A DNA stretch of 64,000 bases, taken from the sequence record MN022785.1; one strand, 5' to 3'. Of this stretch, positions 47,585 to 58,453 are shown piece by piece. The notes under the pieces were generated by a model, which worked only from the letters and a program-made list of their open reading frames with translations, was not told the DNA's origin and did no database searches. The stretch comes from Escherichia phage VEc20. Every line of letters begins with the position of its first letter. Position 1 is the stretch's first letter. Position numbers and translations under genes: made by a program.

Positions 47585-47997
47585 TATTTTCCAGCCTCAA
47601 ATGCTCGCATGTCTTGAATATGCTTAATAGCAAATCCACGTGATTTAATAGCATCAAGAGCTCCGCTACAGAAATCTAATAAAATCCCCCAATACTGTAA
47701 CGAGGTATCAACCTTTAAAACATCCTTATCAGCTGATAGAACTGTCTTCATTTCTGATTTCTCGTAACGATCCATACTAAATTCATCACCATCTCCTCGT
47801 CCCGAGTAGTAGTCTAATTTAGCTTTAAGAGCAACTTTTTTCTGTGCTTCAATTCTAAGCATTTCCTTTTTAATACTTGAATGCTTATTAAGCCATTTAC
47901 TATATAACATCACATTATTAGCTGCTTCATATTGTAATTTAGTCGAATCTATAAACACATCTTTCTTCAATTCTTCTTGAAGATCTTCTAATTTCAT
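47584..47997 (-). CDS. uvsY: UvsY recombination mediator
   Basis: 137 aa as T4 UvsY; gene order. Confidence 0.85.
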   Translation of the reverse strand: MKLEDLQEELKKDVFIDSTKLQYEAANNVMLYSKWLNKHSSIKKEMLRIEAQKKVALKAKLDYYSGRGDGDEFSMDRYEKSEMKTVLSADKDVLKVDTSLQYWGILLDFCSGALDAIKSRGFAIKHIQDMRAFEAGK

Positions 47998-48037
47998 ACT
48001 GTTCTCTATTCAATTGTTATTGGATGGACTTAGATTC

Positions 48038-48065
48038 ATTATACCACGTTTATACGTGAAGCATT
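48038..48065 (-). promoter_or_regulatory. candidate T4 middle promoter for uvsY (MotA box AATGCTTCA, 13-nt spacer, -10 TATAAT)
   Basis: minus-strand AATGCTTCACGTATAAACGTGGTATAAT about 40 nt upstream of uvsY ATG. Confidence 0.4.
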
Positions 48066-48462
48066 ATACTCTATTACTGGAAGCCAGTTGCAGTTTTATC
48101 TGCTCAATATCATCAGGGTTATCAATGACCGAAAAGCGTATTTCTACTATCAGAGTATAATCATCATAAACCGGTATTACATTAACTGCTAATTTATCAA
48201 TACGTGGCTCATAGTTTCTTACTGCGCTTTCGATGTTACGCTCAACCGTATCAGCAGTAAGAGGAGTCATATTTTCAAAAAGCTGATCTGATAAATCACA
48301 TCCAAATTCAGGGTCAAAAGGTCTCGACCCCTTTCTGGTTGTAATAATTCCTAAAAGACTGTTTTTAATTGACCTTAATCCAAGAGATCTGGAAACGTCT
48401 TTGTCCCAATCCATTTTCATTTCTGGGTCAATGTCAGAATAAAGCTTATTAATATTTGCCAT
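48064..48462 (-). CDS. 25: gp25 baseplate wedge / sheath initiator (LysM-like fold)
   Basis: 132 aa as T4 gp25. Confidence 0.9.
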   Translation of the reverse strand: MANINKLYSDIDPEMKMDWDKDVSRSLGLRSIKNSLLGIITTRKGSRPFDPEFGCDLSDQLFENMTPLTADTVERNIESAVRNYEPRIDKLAVNVIPVYDDYTLIVEIRFSVIDNPDDIEQIKLQLASSNRV

Positions 48463-49088
48463 TACAATAGCTCAAAGAATTCTTTGAGTCCTCTTATTAC
48501 ATGAGCGTGAGATTTTCCACACTCTGGACACTTAATTGGAACAGCCAAATAAACAGTAGGCTTTAAAAGCATATCTTTTATAGCTACAATATCTGACTCT
48601 GTGATGATAGAATATAAATCTTCCAACTCTTTTTCATTCAAGTCTTCAATTGGAATGCTTTCCCCGTTAGCATGAATCGTTTCTATGCATGATACTATCA
48701 TGTGGGCTATATTTTTATCATCAAAAATTTTAGGGTAATGGAACTTAATTTTGATGTCACCCAGTGTATACCAGAGGTCTTCTGGTGCATCTATTTGTGT
48801 ATGTAATAGATTTATATGGGTTGGTATTTCAGTTCCACAGGTGCACTTCCAGGAGTTTTCGTGATTAACTTCGCCGAGAGAATGTGCCCATAAATGAATC
48901 AACAATAGTTCTGATTCTTGGCGGTTTAAATCTTTTGCATTTGTGCAGTCTTTGATTAGCTTTTTAACAATTACTTCTACGGAACCATTATTTTTGGCAG
49001 TAATAAGTTCTAGATATTCTTTAAGCGTGAATGCGCGACAATTGATTATTTTAGAACCAACTCTCACATCAAATTTGTATTCATACAT
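48462..49088 (-). CDS. 26: gp26 baseplate hub subunit
   Basis: 208 aa as T4 gp26. Confidence 0.85.
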   Translation of the reverse strand: MYEYKFDVRVGSKIINCRAFTLKEYLELITAKNNGSVEVIVKKLIKDCTNAKDLNRQESELLLIHLWAHSLGEVNHENSWKCTCGTEIPTHINLLHTQIDAPEDLWYTLGDIKIKFHYPKIFDDKNIAHMIVSCIETIHANGESIPIEDLNEKELEDLYSIITESDIVAIKDMLLKPTVYLAVPIKCPECGKSHAHVIRGLKEFFELL

Positions 49089-49109
49089 ATTTAGCTCCTT
49101 TATTTATCA

Positions 49110-49117
49110 TATTTATA
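49110..49117 (-). promoter_or_regulatory. T4 late promoter TATAAATA (gene 26)
   Basis: plus-strand tatttata; AAGGAG RBS and gp26 ATG downstream on minus. Confidence 0.6.
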
Positions 49118-49121
49118 AATA
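49114..49121 (+). promoter_or_regulatory. T4 late promoter TATAAATA (gene 51)
   Basis: exact TATAAATA 18 nt upstream of gp51 ATG; overlaps the minus-strand promoter. Confidence 0.6.
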
Positions 49122-49138
49122 GAATAAAAGGAGCATCT

Positions 49139-49888
49139 ATGGCAAACATTATTCGTTGTAAATTACCAGATGGTGTTCATCGTTTTAAACCATTTACGGT
49201 AGAAGATTATCGAGATTTTTTGTTAGTTCGAAACGATATAGAACATCGGTCACCACAAGAACAAAAAGAAATAATTACTGATTTAATTGATGATTATTTT
49301 GGAGACTATCCGAAGACTTGGCAACCATTTATATTTTTGCAGGTATTTGTAGGGTCAATAGGTAAAACTAAAGTACCAGTCACATTCGTATGTCCAAAAT
49401 GTAAAAAAGAAAAGACAGTTCCATTTGAAATATATCAAAAAGAATTAAAGGAACCTGTTTTTGATGTAGCTAATGTTAAAATTAAATTAAAGTTTCCTTC
49501 TGAGTTTTATGAAAATAAAGCAAAGATGATTACTGAAAATATTCATTCCGTCCAAGTAGATGAAATTTGGTATGATTGGAAGGAAATTAGCGAGTCCAGT
49601 CAAATAGAACTAGTTGACGCCATCGAGATAGAAACATTAGAAAAAATTCTCGATGCAATGAATCCTATTAATTTAACTCTACATATGTCATGCTGTAATA
49701 AGTACATTAAAAAATACACTGATATAGTAGACGTGTTTAAGCTATTAGTTAACCCAGATGAGATATTTACTTTTTATCAAATTAATCACACACTCGTAAA
49801 AAGTAATTATAGCTTAAATTCAATAATGAAAATGATTCCTGCCGAGCGCGGATTCGTATTAAAACTGATTGAGAAGGATAAACAATAA
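49139..49888 (+). CDS. 51: gp51 baseplate hub assembly catalyst
   Basis: 249 aa as T4 gp51. Confidence 0.85.
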   Translation: MANIIRCKLPDGVHRFKPFTVEDYRDFLLVRNDIEHRSPQEQKEIITDLIDDYFGDYPKTWQPFIFLQVFVGSIGKTKVPVTFVCPKCKKEKTVPFEIYQKELKEPVFDVANVKIKLKFPSEFYENKAKMITENIHSVQVDEIWYDWKEISESSQIELVDAIEIETLEKILDAMNPINLTLHMSCCNKYIKKYTDIVDVFKLLVNPDEIFTFYQINHTLVKSNYSLNSIMKMIPAERGFVLKLIEKDKQ

Positions 49889-51063
49889 TGAGTATGTTGC
49901 AACGCCCCGGATATCCAAATCTCAGCGTTAAATTATTTGATAGCTACGACGCTTGGAGTAATAATAGATTTGTTGAATTAGCTGCTACTATTACCACATT
50001 AACTATGCGGGATTCTCTTTATGGCCGAAATGAAGGAATGCTGCAGTTTTATGATTCTAAAAACATCCATACAAAAATGGATGGAAATGAAATAATTCAG
50101 ATTTCTGTAGCTAATGCAAATGATATTAATAATGTTAAAACACGAATTTATGGATGTAAGCATTTTTCCGTGTCAGTAGATTCAAAAGGTGATAACATCA
50201 TTGCTATTGAATTGGGAACTATTCATTCTATAGAAAATCTTAAATTTGGTAGACCATTTTTCCCTGATGCGGGTGAATCTATAAAAGAAATGCTTGGCGT
50301 CATTTATCAAGACCGTACATTATTAACTCCAGCGATAAATGCTATAAATGCTTATGTTCCTGATATTCCATGGACTAGCACATTTGAAAACTATTTGTCA
50401 TATGTCAGAGAAGTTGCTCTAGCTGTAGGAAGCGACAAATTTGTATTTGTGTGGCAAGACATCATGGGAGTTAACATGATGGACTATGATATGATGATAA
50501 ATCAAGAACCATATCCAATGATTGTCGGTGAGCCATCTTTAATAGGTCAATTTGTCCAAGAATTAAAATATCCATTAGCATATGATTTTGTTTGGTTGAC
50601 TAAATCGAATCCTCACAAACGTGACCCAATGAAAAACGCTACTATCTATGCGCATTCATTTTTAGATTCTTCATTGCCAATGATTACTACAGGAAAGGGT
50701 GAAAACTCTATTGTAGTGTCAAGGTCAGGTGCTTATTCTGAAATGACTTATAGGAATGGATATGAAGAAGCTATTCGTCTTCAAACTATGGCACAATATG
50801 ACGGCTATGCTAAATGTTCTACTGTCGGTAATTTTAACTTGACTCCTGGTGTTAAAATTATTTTTAATGATAGTAAAAACCAATTTAAAACAGAATTTTA
50901 CGTTGATGAAGTTATCCATGAATTATCCAATAATAATTCAGTAACTCATCTATATATGTTCACTAATGCAACGAAACTGGAAACAATAGACCCAGTTAAG
51001 GTTAAAAATGAATTTAAATCTGATACTACCACTGAAGAAAGTAGTTCTTCCAATAAGCAATAA
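49888..51063 (+). CDS. 27: gp27 baseplate hub subunit
   Basis: 391 aa as T4 gp27. Confidence 0.9.
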   Translation: MSMLQRPGYPNLSVKLFDSYDAWSNNRFVELAATITTLTMRDSLYGRNEGMLQFYDSKNIHTKMDGNEIIQISVANANDINNVKTRIYGCKHFSVSVDSKGDNIIAIELGTIHSIENLKFGRPFFPDAGESIKEMLGVIYQDRTLLTPAINAINAYVPDIPWTSTFENYLSYVREVALAVGSDKFVFVWQDIMGVNMMDYDMMINQEPYPMIVGEPSLIGQFVQELKYPLAYDFVWLTKSNPHKRDPMKNATIYAHSFLDSSLPMITTGKGENSIVVSRSGAYSEMTYRNGYEEAIRLQTMAQYDGYAKCSTVGNFNLTPGVKIIFNDSKNQFKTEFYVDEVIHELSNNNSVTHLYMFTNATKLETIDPVKVKNEFKSDTTTEESSSSNKQ

Positions 51064-51541
51064 AGAAGTTTCTATTCCTAAAATGGGTCTTAAACATTAT
51101 AACATTTTAAAAGATGTTAAAGGTCCTGATGAAAATTTAAAACTTCTTATTGATTCTATTTGTCCGAATTTATCGCCGGCAGAAGTTGATTTCGTTTCTA
51201 TTCATTTATTGGAATTTAATGGAAAGATTAAATCTCGTAAAGAAATAGATGGCTATACTTATGACATTAATGATGTCTATGTATGCCAAAGATTGGAATT
51301 TCAATACCAAGGAAATACATTTTATTTTAGACCTCCTGGAAAATTTGAACAATTTTTAACGGTGAGCGATATGTTATCTAAATGCTTGCTTAAGGTCAAC
51401 GATGAAGTTAAAGAAATTAATTTTCTTGAGATGCCAGCATTCGTTTTAAAATGGGCAAATGATATTTTTACAACTTTAGCAATTCCTGGCCCTAATGGTC
51501 CAATAACTGGAATTGGCAATATTATTGGATTATTTGAATGA
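51008..51541 (+). CDS. 28: gp28 baseplate hub distal subunit
   Basis: 177 aa as T4 gp28; overlaps gp27 end by 56 nt in another frame. Confidence 0.8.
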   Translation: MNLNLILPLKKVVLPISNKEVSIPKMGLKHYNILKDVKGPDENLKLLIDSICPNLSPAEVDFVSIHLLEFNGKIKSRKEIDGYTYDINDVYVCQRLEFQYQGNTFYFRPPGKFEQFLTVSDMLSKCLLKVNDEVKEINFLEMPAFVLKWANDIFTTLAIPGPNGPITGIGNIIGLFE

Positions 51542-53310
51542 AAAAGCCACAAGAAATGCAAACGATGCGTAGAAAAGTTATTTCAGATAATAAACCAACA
51601 CAGGAAGCGGCTAAATCCGCTTCCAACACTTTATCTGGGCTTAATGACATTTCTACAAAATTGGATGATGCTCAAGCTGCTTCTGAATTAATTGCTCAAA
51701 CTGTCGAAGAAAAATCGAATGAAATAATTGGAGCAATTGACAATGTAGAAAGTGCAGTGAGTGATACTACTGCTGGTTCTGAGTTAATTGCTGAAACTGT
51801 CGAAATTGGCAACAATATTAATAAAGAAATCGGTGAATCACTCGGAAGCAAATTAGATAAATTAACAAGTTTACTAGAGCAAAAAATCCAGACAGCTGGA
51901 ATTCAACAGACTGGAACTAGTTTAGCCACTGTTGAAAGCGCTATTCCTGTTAAAGTCGTTGAGGATGATACTGCCGAATCTGTGGGTCCTTTATTACCAG
52001 CTCCCGAAGCAGTTAATAATGATCCTGACGCTGATTTTTTCCCTACCCCTCAACCAGTTGAACCCAAACAAGAATCGCCAGAAGAAAAACAGAAAAAAGA
52101 AGCATTTAACTTAAAATTATCTCAAGCTTTAGATAAATTAACAAAGACTGTTGATTTTGGATTTAAGAAATCCATTTCAATTAGTGATAAAATATCAAGC
52201 ATGTTATTTAAGTACACCATAAGTGCTGCTATTGAAGCTGCTAAAATGACTGCAATGATATTGGCTGTTGTTGTTGGAATAGACCTTTTGATGGTTCATT
52301 TTAAATACTGGTCAGATAAATTTTCAAAAGCCTGGGATTTATTTAATACTGACTTTACTAAATTCTCTAGCGAAACCGGAACATGGGGTCCTTTATTACA
52401 GAGCATCTTTAGTTCTATTGATGAAATTAAAAAGTTTTGGGAAGCCGGAGATTGGGGTGGATTGACAGTAGCTATTGTTGAAGGGCTTGGAAGTGTTCTT
52501 TATAATTTAGGAGAGCTTATTCAATTAGGTATGGCTAAATTATCTGCAGCAATTCTTCGAGTCATTCCTGGCATGAAGGATACTGCTGATGAAGTAGAAG
52601 GAAGAGCATTAGAAAATTTCCAAAATTCTACTGGAGCATCTCTTAATAAAGAAGACCAAGAAAAAGTAGCAAATTATCAAGATAAACGAATGAATGATGA
52701 TCTTGGCCCAATAGCAAAAGGATTAGACAAAATTGCGAACTGGAAAACTCGTGCATCTAACTGGATTCGTGGTGTAGATAATAAAGAAGCATTGACTACT
52801 GACGAAGAACGTGCAGCAGAAGAAGAAAAATTAAAACAACTTTCACCGGAAGAAAGAAAAAATGCTTTAATGAAAGCTAATGAAGCTCGTGCTGCGATGA
52901 TTCGTTTTGAAAAATATGCTGATTCAGCTGATATGAGCAAAGACTCGACAGTTAAATCAATTGAAGCTGCTCATGAAGACCTTAAAAAACGAATGAATGA
53001 TCCGGATTTAAATAATTCACCAGCAGTTAAAAAAGAACTTGCTTCTAGATTTGCTAAAATTGATGCCACTTATCAAGAGCTCAAGAAAAATCAACCTGAA
53101 GCAAAACCTGAAACTTCTGCTAAATCACCAGAAGCAAAACAGGTCCAGGTGATTGAAAAGAACAAAGCACAGCAAGCTCCTGTTCAACAAGCATCTCCTT
53201 CAATCAATAATACTAATAATGTTATTAAGAAAAATACTGTCGTTCATAATATGACACCCGTAACGAGCACGACTGCTCCTGGTGTATTTGATGCGACTGG
53301 AGTTAATTAA
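51538..53310 (+). CDS. 29: gp29 tail tape measure / baseplate hub protein
   Basis: 590 aa as T4 gp29. Confidence 0.9.
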   Translation: MKKPQEMQTMRRKVISDNKPTQEAAKSASNTLSGLNDISTKLDDAQAASELIAQTVEEKSNEIIGAIDNVESAVSDTTAGSELIAETVEIGNNINKEIGESLGSKLDKLTSLLEQKIQTAGIQQTGTSLATVESAIPVKVVEDDTAESVGPLLPAPEAVNNDPDADFFPTPQPVEPKQESPEEKQKKEAFNLKLSQALDKLTKTVDFGFKKSISISDKISSMLFKYTISAAIEAAKMTAMILAVVVGIDLLMVHFKYWSDKFSKAWDLFNTDFTKFSSETGTWGPLLQSIFSSIDEIKKFWEAGDWGGLTVAIVEGLGSVLYNLGELIQLGMAKLSAAILRVIPGMKDTADEVEGRALENFQNSTGASLNKEDQEKVANYQDKRMNDDLGPIAKGLDKIANWKTRASNWIRGVDNKEALTTDEERAAEEEKLKQLSPEERKNALMKANEARAAMIRFEKYADSADMSKDSTVKSIEAAHEDLKKRMNDPDLNNSPAVKKELASRFAKIDATYQELKKNQPEAKPETSAKSPEAKQVQVIEKNKAQQAPVQQASPSINNTNNVIKKNTVVHNMTPVTSTTAPGVFDATGVN

Positions 53311-53318
53311 GGAATAAT

Positions 53319-54413
53319 ATGGCAATTGTTAAAGAAATAACTGCTGATTTAATTAAAAAGTCCGGTGAGAAAATTTCAGCCGGACAGAGTACTAAATCAG
53401 AAGTAGGAACTAAAACATACACTGCCCAGTTTCCAACTGGGCGTGCTAGTGGTAATGACACTACAGGGGACTTCCAGGTAACAGATCTATATAAGAATGG
53501 ATTATTATTTACTGCATACAATATGTCATCTAGGGATTCTGGAAGTCTTAGATCGATGAGATCTAACTACTCTTCTTCATCTTCGAGTATTTTACGTACA
53601 ACAAGAAACACTATTAGTAGTACAGTATCAAAACTATCAAATGGATTAATATCAAATAATAATTCAGGAACAATAAGTAAAGCTCCTATCGCAAACATTC
53701 TTTTACCGAGATCTAAATCTGATGTTGATACATCATCACATAGATTTAATGATGTTCAAGAAAGCCTTATCAGTAGAGGTGGAGGTACTGCTACTGGAGT
53801 GCTAAGTAATATTGCTTCAACTGCAGTATTTGGGGCGTTGGAAAGTATAACACAAGGTATAATGGCTGATAATAATGAACAGATTTATACGACAGCCAGA
53901 AGTATGTATGGTGGTGCTGAAAATAGAACTAAAGTGTTTACATGGGATTTGACTCCACGTTCAACAGAAGATTTAATGGCTATTATTAATATCTATCAAT
54001 ATTTTAACTATTTTTCTTATGGTGAAACGGGTAAATCTCAATATGCTGCTGAAATAAAGGGGTATTTAGATGATTGGTATCGTTCTACGTTAATTGAACC
54101 TTTATCTCCGGAAGACGCAGCTAAAAATAAAACACTATTTGAGAAAATGACATCGAGTTTAACTAACGTTCTAGTGGTTTCAAACCCGACAATTTGGATG
54201 GTGAAAAACTTTGGTGCAACATCTAAGTTTGATGGAAAAACGGAAATATTTGGCCCATGCCAAATACAGAGCATCAGATTTGATAAAACACCTAATGGTA
54301 ACTTTAACGGATTAGCTATTGCTCCAAACCTCCCTAGTACATTTACTCTCGAGATTACTATGAGAGAAATTATCACGTTAAACCGTGCTTCTTTATATGC
54401 GGGGACTTTTTAA
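53319..54413 (+). CDS. 48: gp48 baseplate tail-tube cap
   Basis: 364 aa as T4 gp48. Confidence 0.9.
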   Translation: MAIVKEITADLIKKSGEKISAGQSTKSEVGTKTYTAQFPTGRASGNDTTGDFQVTDLYKNGLLFTAYNMSSRDSGSLRSMRSNYSSSSSSILRTTRNTISSTVSKLSNGLISNNNSGTISKAPIANILLPRSKSDVDTSSHRFNDVQESLISRGGGTATGVLSNIASTAVFGALESITQGIMADNNEQIYTTARSMYGGAENRTKVFTWDLTPRSTEDLMAIINIYQYFNYFSYGETGKSQYAAEIKGYLDDWYRSTLIEPLSPEDAAKNKTLFEKMTSSLTNVLVVSNPTIWMVKNFGATSKFDGKTEIFGPCQIQSIRFDKTPNGNFNGLAIAPNLPSTFTLEITMREIITLNRASLYAGTF

Positions 54414-55378
54414 TGTATTCTTTAGAGGAATTTAATAATCAAGCAATAAACGCAGATTTCCAACGTAATAATATGTTTAGCTGCGTTTTTGCAACAACTC
54501 CATCAACTAAAAGCTCTTCGTTGATAAGTTCAATTAGCAACTTTTCTTATAATAACTTGGGCCTAAATTCAGATTGGTTAGGATTAACTCAAGGTGATAT
54601 TAATCAGGGAATTACCACGCTAATTACAGCTGGCACACAAAAACTGATAAGAAAATCAGGGGTTAGTAAATATCTTATTGGTGCCATGAGTCAACGTACA
54701 GTTCAAAGTTTATTAGGCTCATTTACAGTTGGTACATATTTAATTGACTTCTTTAACATGGCATATAACTCATCTGGATTGATGATATATTCTGTAAAAA
54801 TGCCAGAGAACAGATTATCCTATGAAACTGACTGGAACTATAATTCTCCTAATATTCGTATAACCGGAAGAGAATTAGACCCTTTGGTTATTTCATTTAG
54901 AATGGATTCAGAAGCTTGTAACTATCGTGCAATGCAAGACTGGGTTAACTCTGTTCAAGACCCAGTAACTGGACTGCGTGCTTTGCCGCAAGATGTCGAG
55001 GCAGATATTCAGGTTAATCTTCATTCTCGCAATGGATTACCACATACTGCGGTGATGTTCACTGGATGCATTCCAGTGTCCGTAAGCGCTCCTGAGTTAT
55101 CATATGATGGAGATAACCAAATAACTACATTTGATGTTACTTTTGCGTATAGAGTGATGCAGGCTGGAGCAGTTGATAGACAAGCTGCCCTTGAATGGCT
55201 TGAATCTGCTACTATAAATGGTATTCAAAGCGTTCTCGGAAATAGTGGAGGTGTTACTGGACTATCTAATTCGCTTTCACGACTTAGTAGATTAGGGGGA
55301 ACTGCAGGAAGCATTTCAAACATTAATACTATGACAGGAATTGTCAATTCGCAAAGTAAAATATTAGGAGCAATATAA
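54413..55378 (+). CDS. 54: gp54 baseplate tail-tube initiator
   Basis: 321 aa (T4 320). Confidence 0.9.
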   Translation: MYSLEEFNNQAINADFQRNNMFSCVFATTPSTKSSSLISSISNFSYNNLGLNSDWLGLTQGDINQGITTLITAGTQKLIRKSGVSKYLIGAMSQRTVQSLLGSFTVGTYLIDFFNMAYNSSGLMIYSVKMPENRLSYETDWNYNSPNIRITGRELDPLVISFRMDSEACNYRAMQDWVNSVQDPVTGLRALPQDVEADIQVNLHSRNGLPHTAVMFTGCIPVSVSAPELSYDGDNQITTFDVTFAYRVMQAGAVDRQAALEWLESATINGIQSVLGNSGGVTGLSNSLSRLSRLGGTAGSISNINTMTGIVNSQSKILGAI

Positions 55379-55382
55379 CAAC

Positions 55383-55412
55383 GGGGACCTTTCGGTCCCC
55401 ATATTTTTATTT
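55383..55412 (+). terminator. rho-independent terminator after gene 54
   Basis: hairpin GGGGACCTTTCGGTCCCC followed by ATATTTTTATTT. Confidence 0.65.
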
Positions 55413-55697
55413 GCGGAATGAAATGAAAGCAGAAACTGAAGCAACTAAACTGTCTTCAATATAAACTTCAATTTTTACCGGAGCTTCTGACTCAAATTTA
55501 CCTGTTACTACACCCTGAAAAATACTTTCAGTCTGTTCTGGCTTTGAAAAATTTTCAGAAGGAAAAATTCCGAACTTTTTATCTGTTCCAAAAATTTTAA
55601 TAAATTCATCGTAAACCGCTTCGTTAAAAGCATTATCAGCAGGAATAACGCCTTCAACTACAAGTTCTTGACCTAAAAAGCGTAAAGAAGATTTCAT
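55407..55697 (-). CDS. hypothetical protein (96 aa)
   Basis: ORF track; downstream of alt-like fragments. Confidence 0.55.
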   Translation of the reverse strand: MKSSLRFLGQELVVEGVIPADNAFNEAVYDEFIKIFGTDKKFGIFPSENFSKPEQTESIFQGVVTGKFESEAPVKIEVYIEDSLVASVSAFISFRK

Positions 55698-55729
55698 TTT
55701 GTGTTCCTCATGTTATGTCAGTAAGACTA

Positions 55730-56115
55730 CTATAACACAACACGAGGGACTTGTAAACTACATTTTGAACTTTTTAGTACGCGGAATAGGCATGCGTCGA
55801 TTTTATACTGTTTCATTGTTTGAAGAGCAGTATCAAAAACAGCATTAATGACACCAATTGGATTTCCACTCAAGTTTTTAAGCTTAACTAATGATAGTTT
55901 CTCATTAACACCTATCATTACGATATGCATCATTTTATCGCCTGGTTTAACGTTTTATTTGTATCACCGTCAGAGGTGTATGTACAAAATCTAAATCCAG
56001 GAAGTACGCTTTCTTCACCGGCTTGAATAGCAAAAATTTGAGGTATTTTATGCTTAGGATTTAAGTTAACAACCGGCGCCGAAGCGCCGTCAAATAATTC
56101 TGTAATAAGTTCCAT
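55730..56115 (-). pseudogene. truncated, frameshifted duplicate of the alt N-terminal region (two ORFs, 61 and 67 aa)
   Basis: ORF 55930..56115 aligns to Alt residues 2-56 and ORF 55730..55933 to Alt residues about 64-125, in different frames. Confidence 0.7.
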
Positions 56116-56118
56116 GAT

Positions 56119-58215
56119 TTATCCTTGAACGAACTTGTAAGGCATGTTTGTAATATCTATGCAAGACGCAATAATTCCAAGAGATGATTCGACTTTCTGT
56201 TTAACATTTGATGAAACAAATGATGCAAAATCAACTCTATCTTCTATTTCAATATCACCAGTCATTGCAACTACTTCACCAGTTTCCATTAGACGGTCAC
56301 CGTCATAAATTACTGATTCGGTGAGTTCTTCCGTAGTCATAACTTCAGCTTGAATGAGTTTTGTATTATTAGATGTTGTTCCGTCGTTATTAGAAGCATC
56401 AGTTATTTTATTGACTTTGACCATCAATCCACGCGGTAGAATAACTTCAGCTTCTGTTGCTATTCCGAGACTTCCTGGATATACAACATTAACTTTATGA
56501 GCTCCATCAATTGCCCATCCTATTTGAACTTTAACGTATTCAGGATTTTCTTTATACGCTCTTATTTCGTTTGGATTAATAGTTATTCCTTCTTCATTTT
56601 TATCAACTGTTAATTCATTGCGAGCTTCTGGTTCTAAAAGACCAATACCAGCATGTGTAATTCCAAAACGTCCAAAAATGATAGGAGTTAAAGAAGTAGA
56701 TACAAAATTTCTGAAATAGAATACTTTATTTTTAACTAGTGCTTCGTATATAGGAGCAGTCATACTTTGAGCACGATAAACTGTAATGCCTTCTGGTATA
56801 CGATCACCATTTTCAAAAGCAGAATCTAAATTAGTTATAGCAGCTTCAATTTCTTTTTCACTCATTACTTCATAACGTTCTGGATCATAACGACCCAAAA
56901 GAAGATTATTGATGTCAGTATATCCTGAACCGCAATACTCTCTAATGCCACGCTTTTGTGATGGAGTATATTTAGAACCATCACGGGCAATAGTAATATC
57001 AATCATTGGACCTGCACCAATTCCAGAGAAACTATAAATCATTCTTTTGAGGAATTTAGTTTTTGTCGCGTTCCAGGAATTTTTAGTTATTTCTTCCCAG
57101 ACTTCATCTGGCTGTCCTTTACGGGTTTTATTATGTTTATCAAGCCAAGTATCTTTATATTCTTCAAATAATTGATTAACAGCTGCTGCGTATTTCTCTA
57201 AACATTTTATTGAAGTAGTCGGTTCATTTTTAATCGCATTAAGAATTACATCTTTAATTTTTTCAGAAACTTCATTAACCTCACTTTTTGAAAAGAATTT
57301 ATAGTCATAATGAAGTTCATCTGCAGTTCCTTCGGCAATGATTTTTGCTGCCTTAGTTTTAGAAGCTAATGAATTAATTCCAATTTTCATTTCTTCTGCT
57401 TCGGGAATTAAAGGTGCAGTAGCTGGTTTATTAAAATTAGCTGCTGTAGATTCATACTTCTGGAATAATTCACTTTCAAATCTAGAAGACTCTAATGATT
57501 GACTTTGTGCAATTGCTCTACGGGAAATTTTAACTTTAACGATTACAGCTTGGTCAGAACGTTTATCATTTTCTTGTGCAATAGATGCTGCAATTGCCTC
57601 ATTTTTAGTTACTTGAGCTCCAGTATCTTTATTGATATAAACATCACCGACCTTCGATTCAACTTTAGTAAAGAGCTCGGTACTAATTTCCGGAACCCCT
57701 GGAATGTCTTCTAGTGATACATTTTTGCGATGTATAAGAATATATGCATACTTTTTATCATAATCCCAGAGTTCCTTAAGAAGGACGTATCTGCCACCTG
57801 AACGACTACGGATAAGTCTATCAGCAATAACTTGAATTTGTCGAGCTTGACCAGCAGTTTTAGACTTAAGAATACGGAGCATACAGGCATCAATTTTATA
57901 CTGACGCATTGTTTGCATTGCAACAGTAAAAACCGAATTGATATAATTAATTGGGCTTGGACCAAGACCTTTCAATTTAGCAATTGAACCTTTAGCGGTT
58001 AATGTAAAAGGAACAATATGCATCATTTTATCGCCCATCTTTAAATCACGATTAGTATCACCTCCAGATGTATAGGTACATAAACGAAAGCCTGGTTGTT
58101 CAATTGCATCATCAACATGAACTGAAAAAATTTGTGGTATTTTCTTCTTTGGATTTAAGTTTGTAATCGGAAGAGTAGTATCTTCGTCAAATAATTCTGT
58201 AATTAGTTCCATCAT
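56119..58215 (-). CDS. alt: Alt ADP-ribosyltransferase (virion-packaged, injected)
   Basis: 698 aa (T4 682); R-S-E ART motif elements (YRAQS, FVSTS, ATEAEVILP); late promoter upstream. Confidence 0.9.
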   Translation of the reverse strand: MMELITELFDEDTTLPITNLNPKKKIPQIFSVHVDDAIEQPGFRLCTYTSGGDTNRDLKMGDKMMHIVPFTLTAKGSIAKLKGLGPSPINYINSVFTVAMQTMRQYKIDACMLRILKSKTAGQARQIQVIADRLIRSRSGGRYVLLKELWDYDKKYAYILIHRKNVSLEDIPGVPEISTELFTKVESKVGDVYINKDTGAQVTKNEAIAASIAQENDKRSDQAVIVKVKISRRAIAQSQSLESSRFESELFQKYESTAANFNKPATAPLIPEAEEMKIGINSLASKTKAAKIIAEGTADELHYDYKFFSKSEVNEVSEKIKDVILNAIKNEPTTSIKCLEKYAAAVNQLFEEYKDTWLDKHNKTRKGQPDEVWEEITKNSWNATKTKFLKRMIYSFSGIGAGPMIDITIARDGSKYTPSQKRGIREYCGSGYTDINNLLLGRYDPERYEVMSEKEIEAAITNLDSAFENGDRIPEGITVYRAQSMTAPIYEALVKNKVFYFRNFVSTSLTPIIFGRFGITHAGIGLLEPEARNELTVDKNEEGITINPNEIRAYKENPEYVKVQIGWAIDGAHKVNVVYPGSLGIATEAEVILPRGLMVKVNKITDASNNDGTTSNNTKLIQAEVMTTEELTESVIYDGDRLMETGEVVAMTGDIEIEDRVDFASFVSSNVKQKVESSLGIIASCIDITNMPYKFVQG

Positions 58216-58235
58216 ATCCTCTCTAGTGTTTATTC

Positions 58236-58243
58236 TATTTATA
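58236..58243 (-). promoter_or_regulatory. T4 late promoter TATAAATA (alt)
   Basis: plus-strand tatttata; GAGAGGAT RBS and alt ATG about 20 nt downstream on minus. Confidence 0.6.
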
Positions 58244-58263
58244 AAATTAAAGGCCCGAAGGCC
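58241..58263 (-). terminator. rho-independent terminator upstream of alt
   Basis: minus-strand hairpin GGCC-TTCG-GGCC followed by TTTAATTTTAT. Confidence 0.5.
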
Positions 58264-58264
58264 T

Positions 58265-58453
58265 TTAGTAATCTAGTGGTAAGAGAGTACGATATATTTC
58301 AAACTTTGGTCCTTTTTCATAGGCATCAAATGTTTCTGTAAATTTATTATAAGCGTATGCATCTACAAATTCGAGAATGACTTGTGATACAGAAGTAGAA
58401 ACATCTCCACCTTCTTTTTGAGCAATGACAATTGTTTCTAAGTAAGCTTTCAT
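58265..58453 (-). CDS. hypothetical protein (62 aa)
   Basis: ORF track; coupled to gene 30 stop. Confidence 0.55.
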   Translation of the reverse strand: MKAYLETIVIAQKEGGDVSTSVSQVILEFVDAYAYNKFTETFDAYEKGPKFEIYRTLLPLDY

